This document shows positions 18,945 through 30,859 of a stretch of 64,000 bases of DNA, piece after piece. Position 1 is the stretch's first letter; each line of letters opens with the position of its first letter. The position numbers and the translations under genes were made by a program. The notes beneath the pieces are model-generated. The model did not search any database and had not been told where the DNA came from. It was given only the letters and a program-made list of their open reading frames with translations. Location of the stretch: the NCBI RefSeq assembly GCF_046105845.1, contig NZ_CP151004.1. One strand, 5' to 3'. This DNA comes from Escherichia coli. GTDB lineage: Bacteria > Pseudomonadota > Gammaproteobacteria > Enterobacterales > Enterobacteriaceae.

Positions 18945-19700
18945 TCAGAACTTATAACCACGATGCAGCGCCACAACCCCTGCCGTCAGATTGTAGTAGT
19001 CGACACTTTCGAATCCGGCATCCTGCATCATGGCTTTCAGGGTATCCTGATCGGGATGCATACGGATGGATTCTGCCAGATAACGGTAGCTGTCGGCGTC
19101 GTTCGCGACCAATGAGCCAATACGCGGCAGCACATGGAAGGAGTATGCATCATAGGCTTTGCTCAGCGGCTCGATAATTGGCTTCGAGAACTCAAGCACC
19201 AGCAGGCGGCCGCCGGGTTTCAGCACGCGATACATTGAACGCAGTGCTTTATCTTTGTCGGTGACGTTACGCAGACCAAACGAAATGGTGATGCAATCAA
19301 AGGTGTTATCCGGGAACGGCAGCGCCTCAGCGTTCGCTTGAACATACTCAACGTTGCCAATCACACCGATATTACGCAGCTTCTCGCGTCCCATTTTGAG
19401 CATGGATTCATTGATATCAGCAAGGACCACTTTGCCAGTTTCTCCGACCAGGCGGGAGAATTTCGCTGTCAGGTCGCCGGTGCCACCAGCCAGATCCAGC
19501 ACGGTCTGCCCACGGCGTACGCCGCTGCAATCAATCGTGAATCGCTTCCACAAACGATGAATACCGAATGACATCAAATCATTCATGACATCGTATTTTG
19601 ATGCCACGGAATGGAAAACGTGAGCGACCATATCCGCTTTTTGTTCCTTCGCGACGGTCTGAAAACCAAAGTGCGTCGTTTCTTGTGACTTATCCACCAT
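18945..19700 (-). CDS. ubiE: ubiquinone/menaquinone biosynthesis C-methyltransferase
   Basis: 251-aa ORF recognised as UbiE (SAM-dependent methyltransferase). Confidence 0.94.
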
Positions 19701-19794
19701 CTCAATGCCTGCTCATCAAAAAATTGTTCCAGAAGTGTAACAGATTGGGCGTCGATGCCCTAGATTTCTACCCGGCTTAACTACCCCCAATGGG

Positions 19795-21222
19795 CTAGCG
19801 CGACTGCTGATTATATTCATCATCGCGTTGATAAGCTTCATCATTCGGCTGCTCCGGAACCGACCGCAGTCGATACTCTTCATCCTGGCTCACCGCCTGT
19901 TCAGCCAAATCCGGATTAATCTCGCGTTTAATTTCTACCCCTAAACCGCGAAACGCTTCTGCCTGCGCCAGCACATTTCCGCGACCTGAAGAGAGTTTTT
20001 TCATTGCCTGGCGGTAGTTATCCTGCGCTTTGTCGAGACTTTGACCAATCGCTGACATGTCATCGACGAACAAACGCATCTTGTCGTACAGCTTGCTGGC
20101 ACGATCGGCGATTTGCTGGGCGTTGCGGCTTTGATGCTCATAACGCCACAGGTTGGCGATAGTGCGCAGCGCCACCAGCAGCGTAGTCGGGCTAACCAGC
20201 ATGATATTGTTTTTCAACGCTTCGGTGATCAGCTCCGGCTGGCGGTCAAGCGCCAGTAAAAAAGCGGGTTCAACGGGAATAAACATCAGCACGTAATCCA
20301 GGGTTCGCAGCCCCGGCAGCTGTTGATAATCTTTGCGTCCCAGCAAACGGATATGGTTACGCACCGACGCGATATGTTCCTGTAGCGCGCTTTCGCGGGT
20401 GTAGTCATCTTCGGCGTTGAAATAGCGTTCATAGGCGACCAGCGTCATTTTGGCGTCGATCACCACATCTTTTCCCTGCGGCAACCGCACGATGACATCC
20501 GGCTGCATCCGCGAGCGGGCGTCATTTTCGATGCTGACCTGGGTTTCATATTCATACCCTTCACGCAGACCGGAAGCCTCCAGCACACGCGTCAATACTA
20601 CCTCGCCCCAGTTGCCCTGGGTTTTATTGTCGCCTTTCAGCGCGCGCGTCAGGTTGATCGCTTCCTGAGCCATTTGCGCGTTGAGCTGCTGGAGATTGCG
20701 AATTTCGTGGGTCAGGGTATGACGTTCCTGTGCTTCTTTACCGAAGCTGTCCTGAACCTGACGGCGGAAACCGTCCAGTTGTTCACGTAGCGGCGACAAC
20801 AGGCTGTTCAGACTCTGACGGTTTTGCTCATCAACCCGGCGATTGCTGTGCTCAAAAATACGGTTGGCGAGGTTTTCAAACTGCTCACTGAGGCGCTGCT
20901 CGCTGTTAATCATCTGGCGAATTTTATCGTCAGCATGTTGCTGTGCGGCTTCCATCCGCGTGGTTACTTCACGCAGATCGGCCTCCAGAGAGGTGTTAAT
21001 ACTTTGCAGGCTGCGCACTTCGTTATTGAGTAACTCGCACTCAGCGCGCCAGTGCTCGCTTTGGGTAATTTGTTGTTTTGCCGCGCTTAACTCCGCGACC
21101 ATCTCTTCACGTTCAGCTAATTGCTCGGCTTTTTGCTGCGCATGTTGATAACTGGCAAACAGCCAGCCAATTGCCACACCCACCAACGCAATAACTGCGT
21201 AAACCATGATTGAGAAATCCAC
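19795..21222 (-). CDS. rmuC: DNA recombination protein RmuC
   Basis: 475-aa ORF with N-terminal membrane anchor and long coiled-coil segment, recognised as RmuC (YigN). Confidence 0.92.
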   Translation of the reverse strand: MDFSIMVYAVIALVGVAIGWLFASYQHAQQKAEQLAEREEMVAELSAAKQQITQSEHWRAECELLNNEVRSLQSINTSLEADLREVTTRMEAAQQHADDKIRQMINSEQRLSEQFENLANRIFEHSNRRVDEQNRQSLNSLLSPLREQLDGFRRQVQDSFGKEAQERHTLTHEIRNLQQLNAQMAQEAINLTRALKGDNKTQGNWGEVVLTRVLEASGLREGYEYETQVSIENDARSRMQPDVIVRLPQGKDVVIDAKMTLVAYERYFNAEDDYTRESALQEHIASVRNHIRLLGRKDYQQLPGLRTLDYVLMFIPVEPAFLLALDRQPELITEALKNNIMLVSPTTLLVALRTIANLWRYEHQSRNAQQIADRASKLYDKMRLFVDDMSAIGQSLDKAQDNYRQAMKKLSSGRGNVLAQAEAFRGLGVEIKREINPDLAEQAVSQDEEYRLRSVPEQPNDEAYQRDDEYNQQSR

Positions 21223-21312
21223 AACGCCTCCTGACGCAACAACTTACCCGCACAAAATAGAATTGTGCTGTACAAACGTCCAGTTGGAAAGGCATTTCCT
21301 GCGAGGCGCTAC

Positions 21313-21343
21313 GCAAAAATACAAAAGGCCGAACGCGTCGGCC
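21313..21343 (-). terminator. rho-independent terminator downstream of udp
   Basis: On the minus strand, hairpin GGCCGACGCGTTCGGCC followed by TTTTGTATTTTT; located 20 bp after the udp stop. Confidence 0.55.
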
Positions 21344-21362
21344 TTCAGACAGGAGAAGAGGA

Positions 21363-22124
21363 TTACAGCAGACGACGCGCCGCTTCCACCACGATTTTCA
21401 CCGCTTGGCTTTCAGTTTGTTTCATCGTCTCAGCATTCGGGATCTCTTGCTGGGTGCGGTTAACGATAACACCCGCTACCATACCGGCACGCAGGCCCTG
21501 ACTTGCACACATGGTCAGCAGGGTTGCAGATTCCATTTCATAGTTCATTACGCCCATCGCCTGCCACTCTTCCATAGAACCTTTAAAGTGACGAACTACG
21601 CGACCAGAGTAAGTATCGTAACGTTCCTGGCCTGGGTAGAAGGTATCAGAAGAAGCCGTCACGCCAACGTGAGTCGTCGCGCCAATGGATTTCGCCGCTT
21701 CAACCAGCGCAGTCGTACATTCGAAATCAGCGACAGCCGGGAATTCCAGCGGTGCGAAGTGCAAGCTCGCGCCATCCAGACGAACAGACGCCGTGGTAAC
21801 CAGGACATCGCCAACATTAATATGCGGCTGAATAGCGCCCGTTGTACCGATACGCAGGAAGGTGCGAATGCCCAGCTGTGCCAGCTCTTCAACAGCAATA
21901 GAGGTAGACGGGCCGCCGATACCGGTAGAGCAGACGATAACAGGTTTACCATCCAGCTCTGCACGCCAGGTGGTGAATTCGCGGTGAGATGCCAGCTTAA
22001 CCGGCTTATCCATCAGCGCGGCGATCTTTTCCACACGATCCGGGTCGCCAGGGACGATGGCAAGCGTAGCCCCTTGTAAATCGTTTTTAGTGAGGCCGAG
22101 ATGAAAAACATCAGACTTGGACAT
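21363..22124 (-). CDS. udp: uridine phosphorylase
   Basis: Translation [41 protein letters not shown]... (253 aa) recognised as Udp. Confidence 0.94.
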   Translation of the reverse strand: MSKSDVFHLGLTKNDLQGATLAIVPGDPDRVEKIAALMDKPVKLASHREFTTWRAELDGKPVIVCSTGIGGPSTSIAVEELAQLGIRTFLRIGTTGAIQPHINVGDVLVTTASVRLDGASLHFAPLEFPAVADFECTTALVEAAKSIGATTHVGVTASSDTFYPGQERYDTYSGRVVRHFKGSMEEWQAMGVMNYEMESATLLTMCASQGLRAGMVAGVIVNRTQQEIPNAETMKQTESQAVKIVVEAARRLL

Positions 22125-22385
22125 ATACAACTCCTCTGTGAATCGGTTTAGTCAGAAGAAGCAAAAAGACACTTTACCGAAGGGTTTAACATTTTTTCGT
22201 GATACTCATCACCATGACGCAAATGCGTTGCATAAATTTACCCATCAAAAGTGATGCAAATCACATAAATCACTCTTCATTCTGCAGGACTGCATAAAAG
22301 ATGAGCCGATTCAGGCAATGTGATTTGTTGCATGCTGACTATAGTTAACATTGCGCAACATTTTTATAAGGGTACGGAGAATACC

Positions 22386-23201
22386 ATGGCAACAACACAA
22401 CAATCTGGATTTGCACCTGCTGCATCGCCTCTCGCTTCGACCATCGTTCAGACCCCGGACGACGCGATTGTGGCAGGCTTCACCTCTATCCCTTCACAAG
22501 GGGATAACATGCCTGCTTACCATGCCAGACCAAAGCAGAGCGATGGCCCACTGCCAGTGGTCATTGTAGTGCAGGAAATTTTTGGCGTGCATGAACATAT
22601 CCGCGACATTTGTCGCCGCCTGGCGCTGGAGGGGTATCTGGCTATTGCACCTGAACTTTACTTCCGCGAAGGCGATCCGAATGATTTTGCCGATATCCCC
22701 ACGTTGCTTAGCGGTCTGGTAGCAAAAGTGCCTGACTCGCAGGTGCTGGCCGATCTCGATCATGTCGCCAGTTGGGCTTCCCGCAACGGCGGCGATGTTC
22801 ATCGTTTAATGATCACCGGATTCTGCTGGGGTGGGCGCATCACCTGGCTGTATGCCGCGCATAATCCACAGCTAAAAGCCGCAGTGGCGTGGTACGGCAA
22901 ACTGACAGGCGATAAGTCGCTGAATTCACCGAAACAACCTGTTGATATCGCAACCGATCTTAACGCGCCGGTTCTCGGCTTATATGGCGGTCAGGATAAC
23001 AGCATTCCGCAGGAGAGCGTTGAAACCATGCGCCAGGCGCTGCGGGCTGCTAATGCGAAAGCAGAGATTATCGTCTACCCGGATGCCGGACATGCATTCA
23101 ACGCTGATTATCGCCCGAGCTATCATGCCGAATCTGCGAAAGACGGCTGGCAGCGTATGCTGGAGTGGTTTAAGCGGTATGGTGGGAAGAAGTCGCTGTA
23201 A
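22386..23201 (+). CDS. ysgA: putative carboxymethylenebutenolidase / dienelactone hydrolase family protein
   Basis: Translation from MATTQQSGFAPAASPLAST... (271 aa) recognised as YsgA; start at internal Met of track ORF. Confidence 0.85.
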   Translation: MATTQQSGFAPAASPLASTIVQTPDDAIVAGFTSIPSQGDNMPAYHARPKQSDGPLPVVIVVQEIFGVHEHIRDICRRLALEGYLAIAPELYFREGDPNDFADIPTLLSGLVAKVPDSQVLADLDHVASWASRNGGDVHRLMITGFCWGGRITWLYAAHNPQLKAAVAWYGKLTGDKSLNSPKQPVDIATDLNAPVLGLYGGQDNSIPQESVETMRQALRAANAKAEIIVYPDAGHAFNADYRPSYHAESAKDGWQRMLEWFKRYGGKKSL

Positions 23202-23239
23202 TGAGAAAAGACCGGGTGGTATTACCACCCGGTTTGGAT

Positions 23240-25501
23240 TTACCCCCGACGCAAATTCTGCGCCGCCTGCACCATGTTCGCCAGTGCCGCGCGGGTTTCT
23301 GGCCAGCCGCGCGTTTTCAGGCCACAGTCCGGGTTGACCCACAGACGCTCTGCCGGAATGCGTTTTGCCGCTTTCTTCAGCAGGGCTTCAATCCATTCCA
23401 CGCTCGGTACGTTTGGCGAGTGAATGTCATAGACGCCTGGACCAATTTCATTTGGATAATCAAACTCTTCAAACGACTCCAGCAACTCCATGTCGGAACG
23501 CGAGGTTTCGATGGTGATGACGTCTGCGTCCAGCGCCGCAATCGAATCCATGATGTCGTTGAACTCGCAGTAACACATGTGAGTGTGGATTTGTGTGTCA
23601 TCTTTCGCCACGGCGGCGTTGATACGGAAAGCCTCCACGCCCCACTGGAGATAGGCATCCCAGTCGCTGCGACGCAGCGGTAAACCTTCGCGCAGCGCCG
23701 GTTCATCAATCTGGATGATGCCAATTCCAGCGGCTTCCAGGTCCGCCACTTCATCACGCAGCGCCAGCGCAATTTGTTTGGCGATGGTTTCACGGCTGAC
23801 ATCTTCACGCGGGAATGACCAGCAGAGTATGGTTACCGGCCCCGTCAGCATCCCTTTCACCGGTTTGTCAGTCAGCGATTGTGCATATTTCGCCCACTCC
23901 ACGGTAATTGGTGCCGGGCGGCTAACGTCACCAATGACAATCGGCGGCTTCACGCAGCGGGAACCGTAGCTCTGTACCCAACCGTTTTGCGTAAAGACAA
24001 AACCGTCGAGATGCTCGCCAAAGTATTCCACCATGTCATTACGCTCGGCCTCGCCATGCACCAGCACATCCAGACCTAAACGTTCCTGCTCAACAATGGC
24101 CTGCTTGATATGTTCCGCAATGCCCGTGCGGTAGTTGTTGGCGTCGAGATTACCCTTTTTGAAATCCAGACGCAGGGTACGAATTTCCGTGGTTTGCGGG
24201 AAAGAACCAATCGTGGTGGTCGGCCACGCGGGCAGTTTAAAACGCGCACGCTGGGCTTCAGCACGCACTTCATAGACATTCGCACGCTGACTGTCCTGAG
24301 CGGTGATCGCCGCCAGACGCTTTTCTACTGCCGGATTATGTACGCGGGTTGAGTGACGACGCGCCTGAATCGGGGCGCTCCACTCTGCCAGAGCTGCCGT
24401 GTCACCACTGTTCAGCGCATCGCGCAGCAGTGACAGTTCATGGCATTTTTGTAGGGCGAAGGCAAACCAGCTTTTCACTTCTGCATCAAGACGCGTTTCC
24501 ACGCTCAGGTCGATGGGGCTGTGCAGCAACGAGCAGGAAGATGCCACCCACAAATCACGTTTGCCGACAATGTCCTTAATTTGCGCATATTTCTCGGTAA
24601 GATCGGCGCGCCAGACGTTACGACCATTGATAAGACCCGCAGACAGTAGCCAGTCTGAAGGCAGACGCTTGTGCAGTTCAGCAACGTCATCTTTACCATG
24701 TACAAGGTCCACATGCAGCCCCTGAACAGGCAGCGCAGTAATCGTGTCGAGGTTTGGCGTTACGCCTTCAAAATAGGTAGTCAGCAGCAGTTTCACCTGG
24801 CCCTGGAGCGCGTCGTAAGCGGGGTTGTATGCGTCCAGCCACGCCTGCGGTAGTTCCAGTACCAGCGCTGGTTCGTCGATCTGTACCCACTCAATGCCGC
24901 GTTTTGCCAGTTCTGCCAGTACTTGCTGATAAACCGGCAGAATGTCGTTTAGCAGGCTCAGGCGGTCAAACTGTTCACCTTTCACTTTCCCAAGCCATAG
25001 GTAGGTAACCGGCCCCAGCAGCACAGGTTTCACCTTGTGGCCCAGCGCCAGCGCCTCGTCCACTTCCTCCAGCAGCTGCGTCCAGGTCAGTTTGAACTGC
25101 TGGCCTTTAACGAACTCCGGCACCATGTAGTGATAGTTGGTGTTAAACCATTTGGTCATTTCCGCTGCCGCCGCAGGTTCGCCAGTCGGCGCACGTCCAC
25201 GACCAATACGGAACAGGGTGTCGATATCTACCGAACCATCTTTGTTCTGATGACGCGCTGGAACGTTACCCAGCAGCAGACTGGTGGTCAGGACATGATC
25301 GTACCAGGCAAAATCGCCCACCGGCAGCAGGTCGATACCCGCTTGCTTTTGTTGATCCCAGTGACGGGCACGCAGTTCACGCCCTACTGCCAGCAGTTCT
25401 TCACGCGTGGAGTTCCCCGCCCAATAACTCTCTTGCGCTTTTTTCAGCTCGCGACGCAGGCCAACGCGAGGGAAACCGAGGGTGTGATTCAATATTGTCA
25501 T
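23240..25501 (-). CDS. metE: cobalamin-independent methionine synthase
   Basis: 753-aa [33 protein letters not shown]... recognised as MetE. Confidence 0.95.
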   Translation of the reverse strand: MTILNHTLGFPRVGLRRELKKAQESYWAGNSTREELLAVGRELRARHWDQQKQAGIDLLPVGDFAWYDHVLTTSLLLGNVPARHQNKDGSVDIDTLFRIGRGRAPTGEPAAAAEMTKWFNTNYHYMVPEFVKGQQFKLTWTQLLEEVDEALALGHKVKPVLLGPVTYLWLGKVKGEQFDRLSLLNDILPVYQQVLAELAKRGIEWVQIDEPALVLELPQAWLDAYNPAYDALQGQVKLLLTTYFEGVTPNLDTITALPVQGLHVDLVHGKDDVAELHKRLPSDWLLSAGLINGRNVWRADLTEKYAQIKDIVGKRDLWVASSCSLLHSPIDLSVETRLDAEVKSWFAFALQKCHELSLLRDALNSGDTAALAEWSAPIQARRHSTRVHNPAVEKRLAAITAQDSQRANVYEVRAEAQRARFKLPAWPTTTIGSFPQTTEIRTLRLDFKKGNLDANNYRTGIAEHIKQAIVEQERLGLDVLVHGEAERNDMVEYFGEHLDGFVFTQNGWVQSYGSRCVKPPIVIGDVSRPAPITVEWAKYAQSLTDKPVKGMLTGPVTILCWSFPREDVSRETIAKQIALALRDEVADLEAAGIGIIQIDEPALREGLPLRRSDWDAYLQWGVEAFRINAAVAKDDTQIHTHMCYCEFNDIMDSIAALDADVITIETSRSDMELLESFEEFDYPNEIGPGVYDIHSPNVPSVEWIEALLKKAAKRIPAERLWVNPDCGLKTRGWPETRAALANMVQAAQNLRRG

Positions 25502-25634
25502 TTTTCTTCCTCTAATTATATGTAAATCCTATGGATTTTGAATTTAGGGAAGGCGGCAAGTTTATTCATCCCCGGGAGCTTACTGAAGTAAGTGACCGGG
25601 GTGAAGAAACGCAGCCAACGCACCATAAATTTAA

Positions 25635-25680
25635 AAGACGAAGGATTTTAGCCGTCCAGATGTTTACACATCCATAATTG
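25635..25680. promoter_or_regulatory. putative MetJ operator (tandem degenerate met boxes) in metE-metR divergent control region
   Basis: Tandem 8-bp units resembling the AGACGTCT met box (AGACGAAG, AGCCGTCC, AGATGTTT) in the 235-bp metE/metR intergenic region. Exact register uncertain. Confidence 0.3.
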
Positions 25681-25736
25681 GCGGTTACTGTATATTCCTC
25701 AAGCGCAAATTATTCATGCCGAAGTGAAGGACTTTC

Positions 25737-26690
25737 ATGATCGAAGTAAAACATCTGAAAACGCTACAAGCGTTGCGGAACTGCGGCTCGCTCGCAGCCG
25801 CTGCGGCGACGTTGCATCAAACGCAATCCGCCCTGTCTCACCAGTTTAGCGATCTGGAACAACGCCTTGGCTTCCGGCTATTTGTGCGTAAGAGCCAGCC
25901 GCTACGCTTTACACCGCAGGGAGAAATCCTGTTACAACTGGCAAACCAAGTGCTGCCGCAAATTAGCCAGGCACTGCAAGCCTGCAATGAACCGCAGCAG
26001 ACGCGCCTGCGCATCGCCATTGAGTGCCATAGCTGTATTCAGTGGCTGACGCCCGCATTAGAAAACTTCCATAAGAACTGGCCGCAGGTAGAGATGGATT
26101 TTAAATCGGGCGTGACGTTTGACCCGCAGCCTGCGTTGCAACAGGGCGAGCTGGATCTGGTGATGACGTCCGATATTCTGCCGCGCAGTGGCCTGCATTA
26201 TTCGCCGATGTTCGACTATGAAGTGCGTCTGGTATTGGCACCTGACCATCCACTGGCGGCGAAAACGCGTATTACACCGGAAGATCTCGCCAGCGAGACG
26301 CTGTTGATTTATCCGGTGCAGCGTAGTCGACTGGATGTCTGGCGGCATTTTCTTCAGCCAGCAGGCATCAGCCCGTCACTGAAAAGCGTCGATAACACCT
26401 TATTGTTGATTCAGATGGTTGCCGCACGGATGGGTATTGCCGCACTACCGCATTGGGTGGTGGAGAGTTTTGAACGCCAGGGTCTGGTGGTGACCAAAAC
26501 CCTGGGCGAAGGCTTGTGGAGCCGACTGTACGCCGCCGTGCGTGATGGCGAGCAGCGTCAGCCGATTACAGAAGCGTTTATTCGCTCAGCGCGCAATCAC
26601 GCCTGCGATCATCTGCCGTTTGTGAAGAGCGCGGAGCGACCCACTTACGATGCACCCACAGTGAGGCCAGGATCACCAGCGCGCCTGTAA
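25737..26690 (+). CDS. metR: LysR-family transcriptional activator MetR
   Basis: 317-aa [48 protein letters not shown]... recognised as MetR. Confidence 0.94.
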   Translation: MIEVKHLKTLQALRNCGSLAAAAATLHQTQSALSHQFSDLEQRLGFRLFVRKSQPLRFTPQGEILLQLANQVLPQISQALQACNEPQQTRLRIAIECHSCIQWLTPALENFHKNWPQVEMDFKSGVTFDPQPALQQGELDLVMTSDILPRSGLHYSPMFDYEVRLVLAPDHPLAAKTRITPEDLASETLLIYPVQRSRLDVWRHFLQPAGISPSLKSVDNTLLLIQMVAARMGIAALPHWVVESFERQGLVVTKTLGEGLWSRLYAAVRDGEQRQPITEAFIRSARNHACDHLPFVKSAERPTYDAPTVRPGSPARL

Positions 26691-27477
26691 TAAACGTTGG
26701 CCAGTGCGGCTGTTGGTGCCAGATAGCCAGGTTTACCAGCAGCCCTGCCGGAACGTGCATATTATTCATAATGCCCAGCGTTCCGGCGTCCACCTGCGTC
26801 GCGCCGTAGTTCCACATAAAGTAGCCAATCCCGGAAGCCACCACGCCAAGAAACACCAGAATGCCCCATTGCAGCGTGGTTTGTGGCATTTTCTGCGCAT
26901 TTCCCAGCAAGAACCATGCAATCACCGCCACCAGGAACGCGCCAAGATAGAACCACGCAAATGCGTTATGCTGCGGCATCGGGCGAGTTTCCATCAGACG
27001 TTTGTAACCCACCATGCCGATGGCAAAAGTGATATTGGAGAGCTGCACCAGCAGCAGGCCAGTCCAGAAGTGGTCGGTGACCTGATCATAGCGAATAATC
27101 CCGGCACCAATCACCGCCAACAAGGCGCTAAAAGCATAGCCCCAGCGCAGACGGCGCTGACTCATGATGTCATAAATCAACGTGATGTAGAGCGGCGTCA
27201 GTACGGTGAACAGCAGCAGCTCGGAGACCGTCAGGTAGAGATAGGCGCGAAAACTCAGCATATACATCACGCCGAGCTGCATCGCGCCCACCAGCATATA
27301 CAGGCCGACCGTTTTCAGGCTATTGCCACGGGTACGCAGAAACGGCAGAAAAACGAGTGCCGCCAGGCCAACGCGCACCAGCACCGCAAAATAGCTATCG
27401 ACGTGCCCCGCAAGGTACTCGCCATAAAAGCTAAAGGAGAAGGCCCACAGAATCGTGGTGATGATAAGTAGCGCCAC
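26578..27477 (-). CDS. yigM: DMT-family membrane transporter YigM (biotin transporter)
   Basis: 299-aa ten-helix-type membrane ORF recognised as YigM; its 3' end overlaps the metR 3' end. Confidence 0.88.
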   Translation of the reverse strand: MALLIITTILWAFSFSFYGEYLAGHVDSYFAVLVRVGLAALVFLPFLRTRGNSLKTVGLYMLVGAMQLGVMYMLSFRAYLYLTVSELLLFTVLTPLYITLIYDIMSQRRLRWGYAFSALLAVIGAGIIRYDQVTDHFWTGLLLVQLSNITFAIGMVGYKRLMETRPMPQHNAFAWFYLGAFLVAVIAWFLLGNAQKMPQTTLQWGILVFLGVVASGIGYFMWNYGATQVDAGTLGIMNNMHVPAGLLVNLAIWHQQPHWPTFITGALVILASLWVHRKWVAPRSSQTADDRRRDCALSE

Positions 27478-27552
27478 AATGGAAAACTCTTTGATTAACG
27501 AGTATCCATTGTAGCGAAGTATCAGGTTGACAACTGACCAAATAAAGAACGA

Positions 27553-28353
27553 TTACGATAAATAGAGCTTACGCAGATAATGCGGCACTGCGTCCTCGGC
27601 GTTAGTACCAATCACTTCCAGCTCCGGATGCAGATCTTTCAGACGCTGGTGCGCACTGCCCATAATGCAGCCTTTCCCCGCCATCGACAGCATTTCGGCG
27701 TCGTTCATGCCATCGCCAAAGGCAATGCAATCTTGCAGGCTGTAGCCCAGTTTCTTCGCCACCGCTTCCAGCGCATGACCTTTCGACACGCCGCCCGCCA
27801 TCACTTCCAGACAGGTTAAGGTAGAGAAACTGACGTTGACGCGATCGCCCCAGCGAGCGTTGATCGCCTGCTCCAGCGGCAGAAGTTGTTCATGGGAATC
27901 GCAGGTGAAGAACACTTTGCTGACGCCTTCCGGCTCCAGTAATCCCGGCTCATACAGCGCATATTTGAACACCGCTTCTTTAAAAAAGCGCATCTCTTCC
28001 GGGCGATGGCGATTCATAAACCATTCGTCGTCGCGATAAACGTTAGTAATGATGTCCGGATTGTCGTTGACTACGCCAAACAGATCGCTGGCAATATCGC
28101 GATCCAGGTTATGAGCAAAAATCAGATTGCCATCCAGATCGTGAACGCGCGCGCCATTGGAGGTAATCATGTAAGACTTAATCTCCAGATTATCGCGAAT
28201 TTGCCCCACATCAACGTGGTGACGACCGGTCGCAAACACAAAGTTGATGCCGCGCGCGGTGAGCAGCTTCAGAGTTTCTTTGGCGTAAGGGGATAACGTA
28301 TGGTCGGGAGAAAGTAACGTGCCATCTAAATCAGACGCAACAACCTGGTACAT
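27553..28353 (-). CDS. yigL: HAD-family sugar/pyridoxal phosphate phosphatase YigL
   Basis: Translation MYQVVASDLDGTLLSPDHTLSPYAKETLKLL... (266 aa) recognised; start at internal Met of track ORF, 7 nt after pldB stop. Confidence 0.9.
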   Translation of the reverse strand: MYQVVASDLDGTLLSPDHTLSPYAKETLKLLTARGINFVFATGRHHVDVGQIRDNLEIKSYMITSNGARVHDLDGNLIFAHNLDRDIASDLFGVVNDNPDIITNVYRDDEWFMNRHRPEEMRFFKEAVFKYALYEPGLLEPEGVSKVFFTCDSHEQLLPLEQAINARWGDRVNVSFSTLTCLEVMAGGVSKGHALEAVAKKLGYSLQDCIAFGDGMNDAEMLSMAGKGCIMGSAHQRLKDLHPELEVIGTNAEDAVPHYLRKLYLS

Positions 28354-28360
28354 AAGAAAT

Positions 28361-29383
28361 TTAAACCTCTGTAGAGCGGTTTCCGCTGGGTGAGTTATGC
28401 CTGTTGAAAAAATCAACGATGGCGTGGAGCGCGACTGAGCGCATTGCGTCCTTTTCAAAAAGGATCTCATGGTACGCACCTTTAATTACCAACGGCCGTC
28501 CTCCTTCGACAAGATGGCCCGCGGCAGTGCGGAGTTCACAAAAACGGTCGTGCATGCGGTTATCCACCACGCGTTCCTCTTCAGCTTGTAAGAGAAGCGT
28601 TGGCGTGGCGTCATCACCCGCACCGGCTAACACCTGTTCGCCAGCCAGAATACTTTCGCGTACCCAATGGTAGGTCGGCCCACCGACGCGAATCGTTGGG
28701 TCATCAGCATAAAAGCGTAAGTTACGTCGATATCGCTGTCTGCTGTGGGTCAGTACGTTGATAGCAAACGGCAACGCGCGCCAGCGCCCGGTGCCTATTG
28801 CATAGCCATCGCGGAAACGTGGATGCGCTTCGGCCCAGTTGAGGATCTGCCGTGCCATAAATGACGGCATACGAATCACGATCCCAAACATTGGCGCAGT
28901 TAGCGCAATAGCGTCACATACACCTGGATGGCGTTGCAGAAATAATGTGGAGATCGCACCGCCCATCGAATGTGCCAGTATATAGCGTTTACGCCACGGA
29001 CCGGGCTGAACCTCCTGTTGCCAGAATGCCGCCAGATCATCAACATAATCATTAAAGCGATTAACATGCCCGAGATGCGGATCGGCTAACAGGCGACCGG
29101 AACGTCCCTGCCCGCGATGGTCGATGATTAAGACATCAAACCCCAAATGGAACAGGTCATAGGCCAGTTCCGCATATTTTACGTAGCTCTCAATACGCCC
29201 CGGGCAGATGACTACCACCCGGTCATGGTGCTGTGCGCGAAAACGGACAAAGCGCACCGGAATGTCATCCACACCAGTAAATTCTGCTTCATCACGCTGA
29301 CGCCAGAAATCAGTCAGCGGTCCCATGGTAAAAGCAGCAAACGCGTTTTCTCTTGTTTCCCAGTCTTTTTGCTGCTGAAACAT
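28361..29383 (-). CDS. pldB: lysophospholipase L2
   Basis: 340-aa ORF recognised as PldB (alpha/beta hydrolase). Confidence 0.93.
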   Translation of the reverse strand: MFQQQKDWETRENAFAAFTMGPLTDFWRQRDEAEFTGVDDIPVRFVRFRAQHHDRVVVICPGRIESYVKYAELAYDLFHLGFDVLIIDHRGQGRSGRLLADPHLGHVNRFNDYVDDLAAFWQQEVQPGPWRKRYILAHSMGGAISTLFLQRHPGVCDAIALTAPMFGIVIRMPSFMARQILNWAEAHPRFRDGYAIGTGRWRALPFAINVLTHSRQRYRRNLRFYADDPTIRVGGPTYHWVRESILAGEQVLAGAGDDATPTLLLQAEEERVVDNRMHDRFCELRTAAGHLVEGGRPLVIKGAYHEILFEKDAMRSVALHAIVDFFNRHNSPSGNRSTEV

Positions 29384-29493
29384 CGGGTAATCTGCCTCTT
29401 AAACCACGTAAAATCGTTTTTTTAAGCGTGCCTGACACAACGCTGCGACAGTAGCGTATTGTGGCACAAAAATAGACACACCGGGAGTTCATC

Positions 29494-30114
29494 ATGACCT
29501 TAGAATGGTGGTTTGCCTACCTGCTGACATCGATCATTTTAAGCCTGTCGCCAGGCTCTGGCGCAATCAACACCATGACCACCTCGCTCAACCACGGTTA
29601 TCGCGGCGCGGTGGCGTCTATTGCTGGGCTTCAGACCGGACTGGCGATTCATATTGTGCTGGTTGGCGTGGGGTTGGGGACGCTATTTTCCCGCTCAGTG
29701 ATTGCGTTTGAAGTGTTGAAGTGGGCAGGCGCAGCTTACTTGATTTGGCTGGGAATACAGCAATGGCGCGCCGCTGGTGCAATTGACCTTAAATCGCTAG
29801 CCTCTACTCAATCGCGCCGACATTTGTTCCAGCGCGCAGTGTTTGTGAATCTTACCAATCCCAAAAGTATTGTGTTTCTGGCGGCGCTATTTCCGCAATT
29901 CATCATGCCGCAACAGCCGCAGCTGATGCAGTATATCGTGCTCGGCGTCACGACTATTGTGGTCGATATTATTGTGATGATCGGTTACGCCACCCTTGCT
30001 CAACGGATTGCTCTATGGATTAAAGGACCAAAGCAGATGAAGGCGCTGAATAAGATTTTCGGCTCGTTGTTTATGTTGGTGGGAGCGCTGTTAGCATCGG
30101 CGAGGCATGCGTGA
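29494..30114 (+). CDS. rhtB: homoserine/homoserine lactone efflux protein (LysE family)
   Basis: 206-aa membrane ORF recognised as RhtB. Confidence 0.93.
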
Positions 30115-30122
30115 AAAATAAT

Positions 30123-30152
30123 GTCGGATGCGGCGTAAACGCCTTATCCGAC
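30123..30152. repeat. REP element
   Basis: GTCGGATGCGGCGTAAACGCCTTATCCGAC, canonical REP palindrome between convergent rhtB and rhtC. Confidence 0.8.
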
Positions 30153-30175
30153 TTACTCTGATGACGCGTCTGGCA

Positions 30176-30796
30176 TCAACGCGAAATAATCAAATGAATG
30201 CCAAATCCGGCAAATAACGCCCCGGCAAAACCATCAATCCACTTCGCCAGACGTTGATAACCACGGCGCATTTGCGGCAGGGCAAACAGGCTGGCAACGA
30301 CGGTAAACCACGCCAGTGTTTCGATAATAATCAACGCGAAAATGCCCCAGCGCTCAGTGGTGCCGACGTTATCGCCGACAAACAGCGAGAATACCGAACC
30401 AAAGTAGATAATCGCTTTCGGATTGGCGAGATTGGTCAGTAAGCCTTTCAGGAAACTGCGCCCGCTTTTTGCCAGCTCAACCTGTGGTGCAGGCGCAGAA
30501 ACCGCCTCTTTTTTCAGTGCACCGCGTAGCATCTGGTAACCCATCCAGCAGAGATACAGGCCACCGCCCACCATAATCAGCGTATGCAGCCAGGCCATTT
30601 TTTCGATAATCAAATGTAGGCCAAGCAACGCAATCCCAGCCCAAACCATTACGCCGCAGGTAATGCCCAGCACGCCCATCATCGCTTCTTTACGGGAACG
30701 ACTGACAGCGGTCTGAGAGACAAAAAAGAAATCGGGACCGGGGCTCATAAGCGCCACAATGTGCACCATGGCGACGGTGAGGAATAACATCAACAT
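30176..30796 (-). CDS. rhtC: threonine efflux protein (LysE family)
   Basis: 206-aa membrane ORF recognised as RhtC. Confidence 0.93.
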   Translation of the reverse strand: MLMLFLTVAMVHIVALMSPGPDFFFVSQTAVSRSRKEAMMGVLGITCGVMVWAGIALLGLHLIIEKMAWLHTLIMVGGGLYLCWMGYQMLRGALKKEAVSAPAPQVELAKSGRSFLKGLLTNLANPKAIIYFGSVFSLFVGDNVGTTERWGIFALIIIETLAWFTVVASLFALPQMRRGYQRLAKWIDGFAGALFAGFGIHLIISR

Positions 30797-30859
30797 ACAT
30801 TAGACTCGCGGGGGAAACGTTTACGAAGTCTTCATCCTGGCACTTTTTTATGCTGCTGA

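Noticed and set aside
21405-22079. 224-aa ORF on the + strand
   Set aside because: Antisense to udp; its translation is Arg/His-rich low-complexity typical of reverse-frame artefacts.
22251-22266. Possible CRP site (GTGATGCAAATCACAT) in the udp/ysgA divergent region
   Set aside because: Half-site match is reasonable but it lies about 130 bp upstream of the udp start and I cannot place it relative to a transcription start; left uncalled.
26704-27471. 255-aa ORF on the + strand
   Set aside because: Antisense to yigM (membrane transporter); hydrophilic reverse-frame artefact.
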